64,000 nucleotides of DNA, from NCBI GenBank assembly GCA_963704725.1, contig OY969934.1, forward strand, positions 2,080,001 to 2,144,000. Reading direction: 5' to 3'. This stretch comes from an uncultured Actinomycetes bacterium (lineage in GTDB: Bacteria; Actinomycetota; UBA4738; HRBIN12). The notes beneath the pieces are model-generated. The model did no database searches. It was given only the letters and a program-made list of their open reading frames with translations, and was not told the origin of the DNA. Position 1 is the first letter of the stretch. Every line of letters starts with the position of its first letter. A program made the position numbers and the translations under genes. Of the stretch, positions 38,041 to 47,690 are shown piece by piece.

Positions 38041-38141
38041 CGTTCGGTCTCCTCTGGTCGGAGTTCGGGAAGCGGCATCATATCCGCCTGGGCGGGCGTG
38101 CCCACGGGTCGACCTCGCCCCGGAGCTCGGAGCGGACGGCG

Positions 38142-38969
38142 TCAGCCTCCGGGCACGACCGCGAGCATCTGGAGCTCGGACATCATGTTCGGCAGCCCGT
38201 GGGTCGTCGCCGCAAACGCCGCGCGGTTCCACGCCCGCTTCAGCCCGATCTCGAGTCGCTTCTCGCTCATGCTCGCCCCGCAGTACTCGGTGATCCCGCG
38301 ATGCTGCCAGCTCGGGGCGCCGAAGCCGGATCGGGCGAGCATGGCGGTCGCCGCGCGGGGCGTGAACTGACCACGGTGGTCGTCGCCGGCGAAATCGATC
38401 GGTCGCCGCGCCCACCGTCGGAGCGCCCCGAACGGTGCCTGGAACTGGAAGTTCGGCGTCGTGATCCAGGCCAGCCCACCCGGCTTGAGCACCCTCGAGA
38501 CGTCGGACATGAGCGCCACCGAGTCGTCCACGTGTGCGATGACGCACCAGAGGGTCGCGACGTCGAATGAGGCCGGCTCGAGGGCGCCGATCGAGGTCAG
38601 GGCTCGGTCGACACCCAGCCGGTCGCTCGACGCCCGCGTGGCGACCGGTGACACGTCCAAGGAGAACGCATCCCAGCCGCTCCGAAGAGCCTGCTCACTG
38701 AAGAAGCCTGCGCCGCCACCAACGTCCAGGAGCCGGCGGCCGACGACCATCCCGGCCAGCAGCTCGAGGGCGGAGCCGAAGTACGCCGTCTTGGCCCTGG
38801 ACCAGAATGCCGAAGCGCCCGCGCCGTCCTCCGGCCAGTAGTCGTGCGACGGGCCGGGGTGACGGAGGAACGCGTATCCGCACACCGTGCAACGGTCGAA
38901 CCACGTGCCGGTCACCCGGACGCGCGTCGTTGCAGCAAGGCAGACCCGACAGCGCACGGTGGACCTCAC
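38142..38969 (-). CDS. Class I SAM-dependent methyltransferase with N-terminal CxxC pairs
   Basis: LLDVGGGAGFF, FDVATLW.VI.HV, LKPGG..ITTPN. Confidence 0.85.
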   Translation of the reverse strand: MRSTVRCRVCLAATTRVRVTGTWFDRCTVCGYAFLRHPGPSHDYWPEDGAGASAFWSRAKTAYFGSALELLAGMVVGRRLLDVGGGAGFFSEQALRSGWDAFSLDVSPVATRASSDRLGVDRALTSIGALEPASFDVATLWCVIAHVDDSVALMSDVSRVLKPGGLAWITTPNFQFQAPFGALRRWARRPIDFAGDDHRGQFTPRAATAMLARSGFGAPSWQHRGITEYCGASMSEKRLEIGLKRAWNRAAFAATTHGLPNMMSELQMLAVVPGG

Positions 38970-40771
38970 GTGAGCCCACGATACGCGGCCAGCACGTCCT
39001 CGGCGAGGGCCTCCGGCGTGAAGGTTCGGGCGACGACCAGCGAGGCCTCGCGCCCCATCTCCGCTCGAAGGACCGGATCCCTTGCCAGCCGTGCGATCGC
39101 CGCCGCCAGCTCCGCTGGTCGGTCCGCCGGAACCAAGATGGCCGGGATACCCGCTTCCGAGAGGTCACGGTTCCCCGGGACGTCGGTCAGCACCAGCGGC
39201 AGCCCGGCCGCCGCCGCCTCGAGCACGGCGAGCGGCAACCCCTCCCACCTCGACGTGTTGACGAAGATGTCCGCCGCGGCGAGCAGCGGTGCCGGATCAT
39301 CCAACCAACCCAGCATCCGAACGTCGCCTTCGCGCACCGCTTGATCGACCGCAAGCCGCAGCGGCCCGTCACCCGCCATCAGCGCGAGCGTGGGTTGATC
39401 CAGAGCCAGAATCGCGGAGACAAATGCCAGGGGGTCCTTCTCGGGCGAGAGCCGGCCGACCCATGCCACCGCGACGCTCCCATGTGGGATCCTCAATCGG
39501 CGCCGGGCTTCGGCGCGGTTCGCACCCACGCGTCGCGAGAAGCCGCTCCGGATGGTGACGACCCGCTCGGGCCGCGCGAGCCGGTGGCGAAGCACCGACT
39601 GGCGATCGGACCCAGACAGGACCAGTACACGGTCCGCGAGCCCGAGGACCAACCGGTTGGCCCAGACGATCGGCGCGATCGGTGAACGCCGCAGGGAATG
39701 CAGGCCGTGAACGGTCACGACCGAACGAGCCCCGCGCATCCTGGCGATGGTTGCGCCGATCGCGGCGGCGCGAACGCCGTGGGCGTGAACGATTCCACCA
39801 GAGCGCGGGACGGCCCGCCACACCGAACGAAGTGATTGGATCAGCAGACATGGCGATCGGAGCGAGACCCGCGGGTCCAGAGCTATCGCCCGCAACCGCC
39901 AGTGTGTGGCGAGGACGCTCCGAAGGAGCTCGACGTGCGACGGGCCGCCACCTCCATCGTCCAGGTAGACGTGAACACACGTGAGACTCGAGGCCGGCGC
40001 TCCACGAGGATGGGCAATCGCGATGGCCAGCCCGAGCACCGCCTTCACCCACTGATAGCCGACCGTGGCTCGCTCGAGGACGTGGAGGTCGCGTCGTCGC
40101 CACAGGCGCGCGAACGCGTCCCGACGTCCTCTCCGCATCCGAACGACGTCCGACGTGAGGGTTCCGGTCCCAACCCGCGTCCGCCGCACCAGCGGTCGAT
40201 CGACGACGAGGATGCGGTCACCTTGAAGGAGCCTGCGCACCCAGAGCTCCAGGTCCTCCGCGGCGCGCACGTCGGTGTCGAACCCGCGGCCGTTCCATCC
40301 TCGCGCCCGCACGAGCGAGTTCGAGGACACGCGATGATCCAGCATGAGCGCCCGCGCATCCCCTCGCGCCAGGATGTGTGCGCCCTTCGTCGGCGACCAG
40401 GCCGGCCTCCCTTCGCTGTCCACGCAGTTCACCATGACCGCGGTCACCGCAGGGTGATCGTCCAGCATCGCCACAAGATCGAAGAGCGCGCCGTCGTCGA
40501 GAGCGTCGTCCGCATCCAGGAACAGGACGAGCTCACCCTGAGCCGCCGCGGCCCCGGCGTTGCGCGCGGCCGAGGGGCCGAGGTTGGGCTGTCGGATCAC
40601 GCGCACTGCGGGCACCGCCGCCAAGACCTCCGCGGTGTCATCCGTTGAGCCGTCGTCCACGACGATGACCTCGAGCGGCGGTGGATCCTGTCGCAGTGCC
40701 GACTCGATCGCCGCCGATACCCATCCGCCCGCGTTGAACGCCGGGATCACTACCGAGACGCCGATCGCCAT
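38966..40771 (-). CDS. Fused GT2 + GT4 glycosyltransferase
   Basis: VSVVIPAFN, FLDADD, AED (GT2); VGRLSPEK, EGLPLAVLEA, TDVPG (GT4). Confidence 0.88.
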   Translation of the reverse strand: MAIGVSVVIPAFNAGGWVSAAIESALRQDPPPLEVIVVDDGSTDDTAEVLAAVPAVRVIRQPNLGPSAARNAGAAAAQGELVLFLDADDALDDGALFDLVAMLDDHPAVTAVMVNCVDSEGRPAWSPTKGAHILARGDARALMLDHRVSSNSLVRARGWNGRGFDTDVRAAEDLELWVRRLLQGDRILVVDRPLVRRTRVGTGTLTSDVVRMRRGRRDAFARLWRRRDLHVLERATVGYQWVKAVLGLAIAIAHPRGAPASSLTCVHVYLDDGGGGPSHVELLRSVLATHWRLRAIALDPRVSLRSPCLLIQSLRSVWRAVPRSGGIVHAHGVRAAAIGATIARMRGARSVVTVHGLHSLRRSPIAPIVWANRLVLGLADRVLVLSGSDRQSVLRHRLARPERVVTIRSGFSRRVGANRAEARRRLRIPHGSVAVAWVGRLSPEKDPLAFVSAILALDQPTLALMAGDGPLRLAVDQAVREGDVRMLGWLDDPAPLLAAADIFVNTSRWEGLPLAVLEAAAAGLPLVLTDVPGNRDLSEAGIPAILVPADRPAELAAAIARLARDPVLRAEMGREASLVVARTFTPEALAEDVLAAYRGLT

Positions 40772-40774
40772 CCT

Positions 40775-41665
40775 TCATCCGCCTCCGGATCGAGCGTGCC
40801 TGCGCGAGGACCGCCGCAGGTGGCGGCGGCCCGCGAGCAGGGTCGAGAACAAACGCGGAGACGAGGAAGCCGCCACGAGCCCGACGCCGCTCGCCAGGCG
40901 ATGGCGGCGCATGGTGTCCCCGCCCGTGAGCACCCCAAGGAATTCGCGGCGTGCGGATCGTCGATCACCGCACAGGAGCTCGTACTTCGCATCGAAGTAG
41001 GGGAATGATCGGCGACCCCAGAAGCGCTCGCGCGAGACGCCGAACCGCACGAAGGTATCGATGACGAACGTCGACGGCGCGACCAGCGCGTCGGCCGACG
41101 CGAGCTGGCGACGCATGACGGACGGCGCAACCAGCGTGTCGAGGAGTGCCCCGGGCAACCGTCCCCGTCGCAGGAGCGACGCGGCGATCCGCGGTCGCCG
41201 CAGGATCCCGTGCCAGGCGCACGCAACGCCCCACGCTCTCCCCGGGAACGGATGCCGGTCCCTCGGACCCACCCACGCGAGGCGGCATTGGAACCACGGG
41301 TCGTGGAGCGACACGACGGTCGGCATCGACCGGAGGTGGGCTGCCTCCACGAGGTCCCCACTCAGGTGGAGGTGATGCTGGACGTGCACCACGTCGGGGG
41401 CCACATCGTCCATCAACCGCTCGAAGCGCCGTCGCACTCCTGGGTCGATGAGTCGATCGGTCGCTCCGTCGATCCACGTGACGACGATTGGTCCGTCCCG
41501 GATGACCTCCGGGCGCGACGGCTGGGCCGCGTCGTGCGGCCTGGCGGCGAACACCCACACCTGGTGACCACGCGCCGCGAGCGCCCGGGCAACAGCCCTG
41601 GTGTGGATCTCCGTGCCCCCGAGCTGATGGGGGGGGTACCCGTGAACGACCTGGAGCACTCGCAC
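40775..41665 (-). CDS. GT4 N-terminal domain only, with unrelated tail (probably truncated)
   Basis: VHGYPPHQLGGTE, PDVVHVQH, SLHDPW.C, APS; no EX7E C-terminal domain seen. Confidence 0.65.
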   Translation of the reverse strand: MRVLQVVHGYPPHQLGGTEIHTRAVARALAARGHQVWVFAARPHDAAQPSRPEVIRDGPIVVTWIDGATDRLIDPGVRRRFERLMDDVAPDVVHVQHHLHLSGDLVEAAHLRSMPTVVSLHDPWFQCRLAWVGPRDRHPFPGRAWGVACAWHGILRRPRIAASLLRRGRLPGALLDTLVAPSVMRRQLASADALVAPSTFVIDTFVRFGVSRERFWGRRSFPYFDAKYELLCGDRRSARREFLGVLTGGDTMRRHRLASGVGLVAASSSPRLFSTLLAGRRHLRRSSRRHARSGGG

Positions 41666-41667
41666 GG

Positions 41668-42789
41668 CTACACCGCTCCGGCGGGTTCGCGAGCGCCCGC
41701 TGCCGCTCGCTCCAGGATCGCCGAGATCTGCTCGTCGAACTCACGGACGTCGAAGCGCTCCGCGTGGGTTCGGATCGTCGTCACGTCGTATGCATCGGGA
41801 TCGAACCGGAACATGGCCGCGGCGAGCGCCTGCGGGCACGGGTCGTCGTAGAGGGCGCCCGTCCGACGGTCGACGACGGCCTCCCGCGCGCCGCCGACAC
41901 CGAACGCGATGACCGGCGTGCCGCAGGCCTGGGCCTCGACCATCGTCATGCCGAAGTCCTCCACGCCCGGCACGACGAGGGCCCGCGCGCCCCGGTACAG
42001 CTCGCGCAGGGTCGCCCGGTCCGGGCTCGACACGAACTCGGTCTCGGGGCCCGCCAGGCGCCGGAGTCGGGCGAGCTCGGGTCCATCACCCGCGACGACC
42101 AGCTTGGCCCCCGCGAGCTGCGCCGCTCGGATGGCGGTCTCCACCCGCTTGTAGGCGACGAGTCGCCCGGCGACGAGGAAGGAATCGCCGCGCGGCGCAT
42201 CGGCGCCCGGGGTCCAGTACGACGTGTCCACAGGGGGGTACACGACCGTGGCTTCCCGGCCGTACGCCGTCCGGATCCGATCGGCCACGTGGCGGGAGTT
42301 CGCGACGAACACGTCCACGCGTCTCGCCCACGCTCGGTCGGCGCGGCGGAGGGCGGCGGCCACGAGCGGCCAGACCGGCCGCGCCGGGCCGGGCACGCGG
42401 CGGATCTCCTCGCGCCACGCCCAGGCGTATCGCATCGGGGTGTGGCAGTAGGTGATGTGCACCGCGCCCTCCGGCACCCGGATCGCGTTGACGCATGCGT
42501 GCGAGCTCGTGACGACGACGTCGAACCCCCGAAGGTCCAGGCGCGACCACGCCCCCGGCATGACCGGGAGGTACCGCTGCCAGTGATGTCGGGCGGACCG
42601 GCGCATCCCCGTGCGGTGCACGTGGACGCGGCGCCCGGGGAAGAGCTCCGCGGCCAGCTCGGGCCGAGCCGTGAACGTGAAGACGTCGCTCGCGTCCGCG
42701 ACCCGGGCCAGACGCGCCGCCACCTGCTCGGATCCGCCGTACGTCGTGACCCACTCGTGACAGAGCGCGACGCTCAGCCCCTCCATCAC
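41668..42789 (-). CDS. GT4 glycosyltransferase (WbaZ-like)
   Basis: HEWVTTYGGSE, YCHTPMRYAW, RLVAYKR, EDFGMTMVEAQACGTPV. Confidence 0.92.
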   Translation of the reverse strand: MMEGLSVALCHEWVTTYGGSEQVAARLARVADASDVFTFTARPELAAELFPGRRVHVHRTGMRRSARHHWQRYLPVMPGAWSRLDLRGFDVVVTSSHACVNAIRVPEGAVHITYCHTPMRYAWAWREEIRRVPGPARPVWPLVAAALRRADRAWARRVDVFVANSRHVADRIRTAYGREATVVYPPVDTSYWTPGADAPRGDSFLVAGRLVAYKRVETAIRAAQLAGAKLVVAGDGPELARLRRLAGPETEFVSSPDRATLRELYRGARALVVPGVEDFGMTMVEAQACGTPVIAFGVGGAREAVVDRRTGALYDDPCPQALAAAMFRFDPDAYDVTTIRTHAERFDVREFDEQISAILERAAAGAREPAGAV

Positions 42790-42799
42790 GTTCTCCCCT

Positions 42800-44224
42800 T
42801 CAGCCCGCGTTGCGTCCGCGAAGGACCTCGACCACCGTCCGCAGCGTGATCCCGACGTCCAGCATCAGCGACCAGTGCTCGATGTATCGGTTGTCCGCAT
42901 CCACCCTGGGACCCAGCTCGGTGTCCCCCCGCAAACCGGTCACCTGGGCCAGACCCGTGATGCCCGGGCGGATCCGGTGGCGGTGGCGGTAGGCGGCCAC
43001 GCTCTCGTTGAACTCCTCGACGAACGGCGGGCGCTCCGGGCGGGGGCCGACGATGCTCATGTCGCCCACCAGCACGTTCCACAGCTGCGGCAGCTCGTCG
43101 AGGCTCGACGTGCGAAGGATCCGCCCGAGGCGCGTCCGACGGGGATCGGCCTTCACCGCCCACACGGGACCGGTGTCCCGCTCCGCGTCCTCCTCCATCG
43201 TCCGGAACTTCCACATCCGGAACACGCTCCCCGCCCTGCCGACCCGCTCTTGCCGATACAGCACCGGCCGTCCGGACGTGACGAGGATGGCGAGGGCGAC
43301 GAAGAGCATGGGCAGTGCGAGGATCACCAGCAGGAACGCCGAGACGGTCAGGTCGTACACCCGCTTCTCGAACGCATGGATCCCGATCAGCGCCGGCGGC
43401 GACACCTTCACGATCGTGCGGCCGTCGAGCTCGCGCGTCGTGAGGCGGTCGGTGGCCACGGAGCGAACGGGGCTCGCCACGTACACCGGGAACCCGGCCC
43501 CGCCGGCCTGCACCACGAGCTCCCACACGTCCTCGCTGGGGCGGGTGTCGGCCTGCAGCAGGATCCCCGGCACGCTCCTCCACCGGCCGGCCCGGCCGTG
43601 CACGACCGAGTCCAGGTACGGGCCGAGCTCCTCGGCCGTCAAGCGCGCGATCACCTCGAACTCGTCGCTCGCCGGCTCCGGCCCGGTCCCGCCGACGAGC
43701 ACGACGGGCCGCCGCAGCCGGCCGCGCGCCCGGGTCCGCGCGACGAGCCCCCGAGCCAGTCGGCGCTCGACCACCAGGAGCAGGAACGACAGCGCGGCAA
43801 CCAGGACGAACCAGCCGCGGGACACCGCGATCATGTGGAGGAGGAACACCGCCGTGGCCACGATCGCCACGCCCTCGATGACGGAGGTCCGGATCCTGGC
43901 GGTCTCCCCGCGCGGGGATGCGAGCGTGTCTTCGTCGTACAGCCGCTGCGCCGCCATGATCGACACCACGGCGACCCCCCACAACACGGATGCGATCGCG
44001 TGTCCGGGCAGGTCGAGCGGCACGTCGCGCGCGACCTGAAGCACGCCGAGACCGAACCGCAGGGCGAACGCGAGCCCGATCGCGGCGCCGATGGCCGCGA
44101 GGTCGGCGACCAGACGCGCGATGACGAGCGTCGTCTCGCCCCGATCGGACGCGTGCGCCCGATCGACTCCTCTCGATCCCGCCGCCCCGACGGCGGGCGT
44201 GGTGGTCGAGGGCCTCGAAGCCAT
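42800..44224 (-). CDS. Polyprenyl-phosphate sugar-1-phosphate transferase (WcaJ/WbaP family)
   Basis: Multi-TM N-terminus; KFRTM, D.RRT, SLDELPQLWNV, MSIVGPRPE, PGITGLAQV; GGAGGG RBS. Confidence 0.93.
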   Translation of the reverse strand: MASRPSTTTPAVGAAGSRGVDRAHASDRGETTLVIARLVADLAAIGAAIGLAFALRFGLGVLQVARDVPLDLPGHAIASVLWGVAVVSIMAAQRLYDEDTLASPRGETARIRTSVIEGVAIVATAVFLLHMIAVSRGWFVLVAALSFLLLVVERRLARGLVARTRARGRLRRPVVLVGGTGPEPASDEFEVIARLTAEELGPYLDSVVHGRAGRWRSVPGILLQADTRPSEDVWELVVQAGGAGFPVYVASPVRSVATDRLTTRELDGRTIVKVSPPALIGIHAFEKRVYDLTVSAFLLVILALPMLFVALAILVTSGRPVLYRQERVGRAGSVFRMWKFRTMEEDAERDTGPVWAVKADPRRTRLGRILRTSSLDELPQLWNVLVGDMSIVGPRPERPPFVEEFNESVAAYRHRHRIRPGITGLAQVTGLRGDTELGPRVDADNRYIEHWSLMLDVGITLRTVVEVLRGRNAG

Positions 44225-44237
44225 CCGCGTCCCTCCG

Positions 44238-46004
44238 CTATCCATCGGTAGCTTCGGCATCGGGCTGGCTCCGCTGGACCCAGACGTCGCGGCCGGGGAG
44301 GATCCCGGTCCTCAGGAACTCCAGGGCGGGAGGCGGCAGGGAGGCCAGGTCGCTCGGGAACGCGTCGACCTGTCGCTGCAGCCAGTCGCGCGCGTACGGC
44401 GGGTCGTTCATCGAGAGGCCGACGTCGACGCCGATCATCCGAACGTCGGGGTTCAGGGGATGGCGCCCCACCGCCGCGTTCACGAGGTCCCGCGCCTCCC
44501 GTCCGGCCTCCGCTTCACCGGCCGCGGCGTCCTGCGCGCGGTAGACGGCCAGCGTCTGGACCGGCCAGATCCTGCCCGGGGCCAGGGCCACCGCGCCCCG
44601 CAGGGACCAGGTCGAGTTGTACGTGCGGCCCCACTGGTGCAGGACGGACGAGGCCAACAGCAGCATCGACACGGCGAGGCCGGCCGAGAGCAGCACACCG
44701 ACAGCCGTTCGCCCGGCTCCGCGGGGGACGCCGGCGTGCCCGGGCGCGGCTCTCCCCGATCCCGCGGCGATCCCCGCGAGCAGGAACAGCAGGGGTGTGA
44801 GCGAGGCGCTCAGCGGCTGCAACAGGTGGAACACGAACAGGGCGCTCGCCGCGCCGGCCGCCCATCCCACGCTCCGGCCGTTCCTCCAGGCCCGCCGGAC
44901 CACGAGCACGAGGAGCGAGGCGAACAGGCCGAACCCGACGAGGCCGGTGGTCACCGCCGAGTCGATCACGATGTCGTGGGCGTCGGCCATGTCCCGGTGC
45001 GCCGACCGGACGTCCTGCGGCGTCGCGCTCGACAGGTAGGCGGTCCACGTGTTGCCCACGCCCCACCCCAGCACGGGTCGCTCGCGCGACGCCCTGAGCA
45101 GGGCGCCGGCGATCGCCACCCGGGCCTGCGCGGAGTCGGTCGTCAGCTCCTGGAACCGGCCCACGCCGGACAGGGGCTGCGCATCCGAGAGCAGCGGCGA
45201 GACCAAGGTCCATCCGGCCACCGTGGCCACCACCACGCCCGAGATCAGCAGGGTCCGGGCCCGGCCGGGCCGGGCGCGAACGAGCGTGACGACGAGCCCC
45301 ACGGCGACCGCCACCAGGCCGGCCCGCTTGCTCGACAGGGAGAGAGCGCTCGCGAGCACGATCATCGCGGCGACGAACGCCGCCCGGTGCCGCGTGCGAA
45401 CCCCGGCCGCGCCGGCCAGGGCGACCGCCATCATGCCCGAGACCAGGACGGCGTACCCGAGCGTCGAGCCACCCAGGTCCAGGTGGACCGCGTGCGCGAG
45501 CACCTCGGGCGCGAACCGAGACAAGATGGCCACGACCGCCACGGGCACGGCCGACACGAACAGCCAGGTCGGCACCCGGTCGACGATCGACCTCGGCAGC
45601 GCGGCCCCGGACACGAGCAGGAAGGCGCAGGGTCCGAGCAGGATCAGGCCGCCGGGCACGTTGTCCTGGCCGGTCAGGCCGAGCCACCGGTCGACGCCGA
45701 AGACCGCCGAGAGGCCGAGCGCGCCGACCCAGCCCCCCGCGAGCAGCGCCACCGTCCGGTCGGACCTGGCCGACCCGGCCCAGATCAGCAGGCACGCGAC
45801 CAGGAGCACCGCGATCTTGACGTCGACGAAAGGGGTCGCGCTCATGGGCAGGAACACCAGCGGCACGGCCACGACGACGAGGCCGACGCCCAGCTCGAGC
45901 AGGCGCGGGCGGCGAGAACCGGCCTCCGGCGGCGGGCCGGACGAGTCGGTTCGGAGCTCCTGCGGCTCGAGGACGGCAGGGCGAGCGTGCCCGGACGAGA
46001 TCAC
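44238..46004 (-). CDS. O-antigen ligase / oligosaccharyltransferase-like polytopic membrane protein
   Basis: About 12 TM helices, RP.LGWG.G, DAH motif, TTGLVG, TPR-like C-terminus. Confidence 0.75.
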   Translation of the reverse strand: MISSGHARPAVLEPQELRTDSSGPPPEAGSRRPRLLELGVGLVVVAVPLVFLPMSATPFVDVKIAVLLVACLLIWAGSARSDRTVALLAGGWVGALGLSAVFGVDRWLGLTGQDNVPGGLILLGPCAFLLVSGAALPRSIVDRVPTWLFVSAVPVAVVAILSRFAPEVLAHAVHLDLGGSTLGYAVLVSGMMAVALAGAAGVRTRHRAAFVAAMIVLASALSLSSKRAGLVAVAVGLVVTLVRARPGRARTLLISGVVVATVAGWTLVSPLLSDAQPLSGVGRFQELTTDSAQARVAIAGALLRASRERPVLGWGVGNTWTAYLSSATPQDVRSAHRDMADAHDIVIDSAVTTGLVGFGLFASLLVLVVRRAWRNGRSVGWAAGAASALFVFHLLQPLSASLTPLLFLLAGIAAGSGRAAPGHAGVPRGAGRTAVGVLLSAGLAVSMLLLASSVLHQWGRTYNSTWSLRGAVALAPGRIWPVQTLAVYRAQDAAAGEAEAGREARDLVNAAVGRHPLNPDVRMIGVDVGLSMNDPPYARDWLQRQVDAFPSDLASLPPPALEFLRTGILPGRDVWVQRSQPDAEATDG

Positions 46005-46013
46005 GTTCCCAAC

Positions 46014-46040
46014 ATCGGCCGTTCGGCCGGGGCGATTGAG
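46014..46040 (-). promoter_or_regulatory. sigma28-like promoter CTCAAT-N15-GCCGAT for the glycan cluster
   Basis: 10 nt upstream of the GTG start; weaker second site GCCAG-N15-ACCGAT at 44244-44269. Confidence 0.65.
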
Positions 46041-46049
46041 CCTTTCGAC

Positions 46050-47286
46050 CTACTCGGTGCGTCTCGGTCTCCTCACCCTCGCCGGAGGGCTCGTAGTAGC
46101 GGGCGCCCTGGAAGCGCGTGGGCCGGTACTCCTGCTCCACGCGGTGGCCCGGGAAGTCGTGCGGGTACTTGTAGCCCTCGCCGTACCCGAGCTTGCGGAG
46201 CGCCGGGTGGCCGGGCTCCTTCAGGTGCAGCGGCACCGGGTCGCTCGACGCCGCGTCCTCCTTGGCCCGCCCCAGCGAGGCCACCACGCTGTTGGACTTC
46301 GGCGCCCGAGCCAGGTAGATGGCGGCCTCGGCCAGGTTGAGCTGCGCCTCGGGCAGGCCCACGTACTCGACGGCCTGGGCCGCCGCGACCGCGACGAGCA
46401 GGGCCCTGGGGTCGGCCAGCCCGATGTCCTCGCTGGCGTGGACGACCATCCGCCGCGCGATGTACCGGGCGTCCTCGCCCGCCTCGATCATCCGCGCCAG
46501 CCAGAACAGCGCGGCGTCGGGGTCCGAGCCCCGGATGCTCTTGATGAACGCGGAGATCACGTCGTAGTGCGCGTCGCCTTGCCGGTCGTAGACGATGGCC
46601 TTCTTCTGGACGGCGTCCGCGGCACGCTCGAGCGTGACGGCGTCCTCGCCTGCCGACCGCGCCGCGAGCACCGACGCGTCGAGGCCCGTCAGGGCCACCC
46701 GGGCATCGCCGCCGGCCACCTCCACCAGGTGCTCGAGCGCCTCGTCGGAGACCTCGACGGCGAGCTTGGCGAGCCCCCGATCCTCGTCGGCGAGCGCCCG
46801 CCGCAGCAGCGCCCGGACGGCGTCCGCGTCGAGCGGCTCGAGCCGCAGGAGGATGCATCGCGACAGCAGCGGCGTGACGAGCGAGAAGTACGGGTTCTCG
46901 GTGGTGGCCCCGATCAGCGTGATCGTGCCCTCCTCCACCGCCGGCAGCAGGACGTCCTGCTGCGCCTTGGACCATCGGTGCACCTCGTCCACGAACAGGA
47001 CGGTCCGGAACAGGCCACCCTTGGCCTGCGCCATGACCTTCCGGGCGTCCGCCACGCCGGAGGAGACGGCCGAGAGCTGCGTGAGCTCGGCGCCCACCGA
47101 CTCGGCCAGCAGGTACGCCAACGTCGTCTTGCCCGTCCCGGCAGGTCCCCACAGCACGAGCGAGGGCAAATGGCCGCCGTCGAGGAGGTTGGTGAGCGCC
47201 CGCCCGGGGCCGAGCAGGTGGGTCTGCCCGACGAACTCGTCGAACGCCCGCGGTCGCATCCGGGCCGCGAGGGGGACGTCGGCCAC
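46050..47286 (-). CDS. rarA: Replication-associated recombination protein A; stop apparently shifted by a +1 indel near the 3' end
   Basis: PLAARMRP, GPAGTGKTT, DEVHR, GATTENP, YDVISAFIKSIRGSD, YKYPHD. Confidence 0.92.
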
Positions 47287-47291
47287 GCCGC

Positions 47292-47690
47292 TCACTCCTT
47301 GTAGTGGATCACGCGGTCGGGACGGATCCTCAGGATCTCCCGAACCTGCCCCGGGGTGTACGCGTAGCCGTGCCCGTCGTACCGCCACGAGAGCTCGTCG
47401 ATGTGACGCTCGGCCCGCGCGCCGACCTCGATGTCGACGACCGTCCCGGTGATCGAGATCCAGTCGTAGGCGTCCCCGCCGCCCAGGACCGAGACCGACA
47501 CGCGCGGGTTGGCTCGGAGGTTGCGGTCCTTGACGCGACCCTGCGCCGTGTTCACGAGCACGAGGCCGTCCGCCGCGTCGACCCAGACGACCGTGGCCTG
47601 GGGCGAGCCGTCGGCGTTCATCGTGACGAACGTGGCGAAGTTCTTCCCGGTCAGGAGCTCGACGTCGCGGGCGGTGAGCTCGGCGCTCAC
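47292..47690 (-). CDS. PPOX-class F420-dependent oxidoreductase
   Basis: TMNADGSPQATVVW, GRVKDRNLRANPRVS. Confidence 0.85.
   Translation of the reverse strand: MSAELTARDVELLTGKNFATFVTMNADGSPQATVVWVDAADGLVLVNTAQGRVKDRNLRANPRVSVSVLGGGDAYDWISITGTVVDIEVGARAERHIDELSWRYDGHGYAYTPGQVREILRIRPDRVIHYKE

Noticed and set aside
44515-47388. 957-aa RarA with long C-terminal extension
   Set aside because: The extension is off-frame read-through over the ligase gene; a TAG one base out of frame at 46050 gives a normal length
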